In this document: positions 62,031-64,000 of the stretch, piece by piece
Numbering within the stretch: the stretch's first letter is position 1
How the letters are laid out: each line of letters opens with the position of its first letter
Assembly: GCA_964187785.1 (NCBI GenBank)
Contig: OZ076409.1
Location: forward strand, 59,646,001-59,710,000
Direction of reading: 5' to 3'
Length of the DNA stretch: 64,000 nucleotides
Source: Amphiscolops sp. MND2022
Taxonomy: Eukaryota
The notes under the pieces: generated by a model
Database searches by the model: none
What the model was told of the DNA's origin: nothing
What the model saw: only the letters and a program-made list of their open reading frames with translations
Made by a program: the position numbers and the translations under genes

Positions 62031-64000
62031 TCATTTGAACAAATCCATGGATCCCATTTTCTTGCGGGGTTTTCTGACATACTCTGACCCCAAGTTTATT
62101 GTGTCAGCCCTTCGGGGCATAGTTCGGCTTTGAGGACTTGAACCTGACCCAGAAGCGGTCAAGTATGACGTCATCGATTTGGCTCCTGATAAGTTGAGAC
62201 TCTGTGAAAGGTTATCGTCTGATACGTGTCGGTGGGCTTTGAACCGGGACAAGGAATTTTCCAGAAATGCGCTCAGTTTCCGGGGCCCTGAGGAAGCTAT
62301 GTTTAAACTGGAGGCATGGCTTACTAGAAGTAGGTCGGGATTCTCCACTGAAATAAAAGGTCAAGGTTACAATTGAAAGCGACTATCGTCAGAAGAAAGT
62401 TACCGGTCAAAAGTTACCAGGTCAAAGTTCAAAAGGTTCACAAAGATGTTGCTACATCATTTGATGTCAATACAAGAAACGTATTAGTCGTCTATTAACG
62501 GTGGTTCGGTCAAAGTTGATAGTCAAAACATTATTTTACAGAGTTTTTCAATTTCAAATTTTGACAGATTCTGCCATTTAGTTTTTGAACTGCAAGATGC
62601 AAAGTGGTGAAACAAATAAAATATCTGATCAGATTAGATCGAACTTTAATAAAAATGTTGTGCAGGGAAAAACTCGCTTCGAGTTTCTTCAAACATTACG
62701 AGATTTTGTTTTTACAAATTTGTACTGACACTCCAGTGGACTTAAGTCCTTGGCAGGACAACTCAAGGATTCCAAGTTGTTGACTAGATAACTGAAAGAC
62801 TGAACCAGGACTGCTAAGAACTTGTGAATTTTTCGAAAACTGGGGAAATTTTGAAGTACTGGCAAGGATTTCCCCAGTTTTCGAAAAATTCACAAGTTCT
62901 TAGCAGTCCTGGTTCAGTCAGTCGTTAGCAGTCCTTGAGAAATTTCGATGAAAAAATTCAAGTTGCACATAGGGCGTGGCCATGTTTAATTTGAGTAGGA
63001 GAGGCTAGTTGTGTACTTCATATCACTTTTTAATACAATATGTATTTTGTATCAATTTTGCCCCATGAGAACTGGGGTATGATCAGAATAACTGTTCCAG
63101 TACATTTCCCATAGTTGAGACTCAGTCTCGGCTCAATTGTACCGGAAATAATGATGGAAAATAGGCTTTTCCCGGGCAGGGGAATGAACTCTACAAAATA
63201 TTGACTTTTAATTCTTAGCAATCAGATCTAATATTGATTATCTGATGGACTTCGAAAGACATCCAACATGGTTTTTGTGCTTGTTCATTTGATGCCTTTA
63301 TTTCGATCATTTGTTAAAAGAAAATATCTGGACGGAGGCGAAATTTTCTTGTAGACGCTGGGGAACAGCCGCTCAAAGATCCAAAATACCCTAAAGACAA
63401 CGAGCGGGTCTCAAAACCGTCTTGAACAATTATAGACAACATCCCTCGTTACTTGAAGGTTAAGGAATAATAGGAATAAGGAATATTTTTTTGCCTTTCT
63501 TCGCCAATTAAATCTTCAGTTGAGTTTTTGCTTGATATGAGATGTCGCTTAATATGACATGCCGCCACAATGTGTAGAAAAGGTCACAATGATGTTTTAA
63601 ATCGGTTTTCTCAACACCGGATAGTGACTTCGATTTTTAATCTCAAGAATAGTTAGAGACATAGCCACAACCTATACCAAGCGACAACTTATATCAAGCG
63701 ACATACCCAGATTTAATTGATGAAGAATGTTCGCTAAGAAAAAAATTTTCCCTAAGCCTTCAAGTGACGAAAGAATGTGCCCAATGCTAAATTCATTTAA
63801 TATGACGAAAACTTCAAAAAAATGTGTATGTTTTGTATGTTGATATTACTGTTAGCACTAATCGCTCGGGTAACGATCTACAAGAGCTGTTGGAAGTACC
63901 CTAGATTGCTCAGTACCTGTGGGGCTCTGGATGTCTATACTGGAGGGTGCTGGGCTGGGACTGTTGTTGTCATTATCCTCGGAGGGTGACACAATGAGTT
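62031..64000 (-). CDS. Last two exons of an unidentified host gene (>64000-63917, 62347-62031)
   Basis: AG|GTAC donor at 63916 and TTTTATTTCAG acceptor at 62348; phase-1 join gives ..DIQSPT-V-ENPDLL..KKMGSMDLFK*; Ser-rich. Confidence 0.7.
62798..62919. repeat. Perfect 52-bp inverted repeat with 18-nt loop (intronic)
   Basis: 62798-62849 is the exact reverse complement of 62868-62919. Confidence 0.97.

Overview
Eukaryotic, most likely invertebrate animal, repeat-rich DNA with spliceosomal GT-AG introns; the species cannot be assigned from sequence alone. Most of the window is decayed LTR retrotransposon. It holds two large minus-strand Ty3/Gypsy elements: A (from <1 to ~12491) and B (28454-53226, ~2.4-kb LTRs, GAAAT TSD). 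A complete BEL/Pao element (37742-46185, TGTAT TSD) sits inside B's integrase, and B itself sits inside the 3' LTR of an older plus-strand Gypsy, C. Also present are solo LTRs, a dispersed Helentron-type (HINE-like) repeat, MULE and Tc1 transposase relics, a piggyBac-like MITE, tandem duplications, a perfect 52-bp hairpin and the 3' exons of two probable host genes. The main result is that A and B, whose LTRs are unrelated, share an unusual layout. Gag starts inside the LTR and reads through the PBS. After pol comes an ANTISENSE multi-exon gene with an N-terminal BED-like zinc finger and an apparently catalytically dead hAT-transposase-like body, with intron positions and an 82-nt exon conserved between A and B. 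A further sense ORF then runs into the 3' LTR. All alignments and counts were done by eye; no database searches were run.
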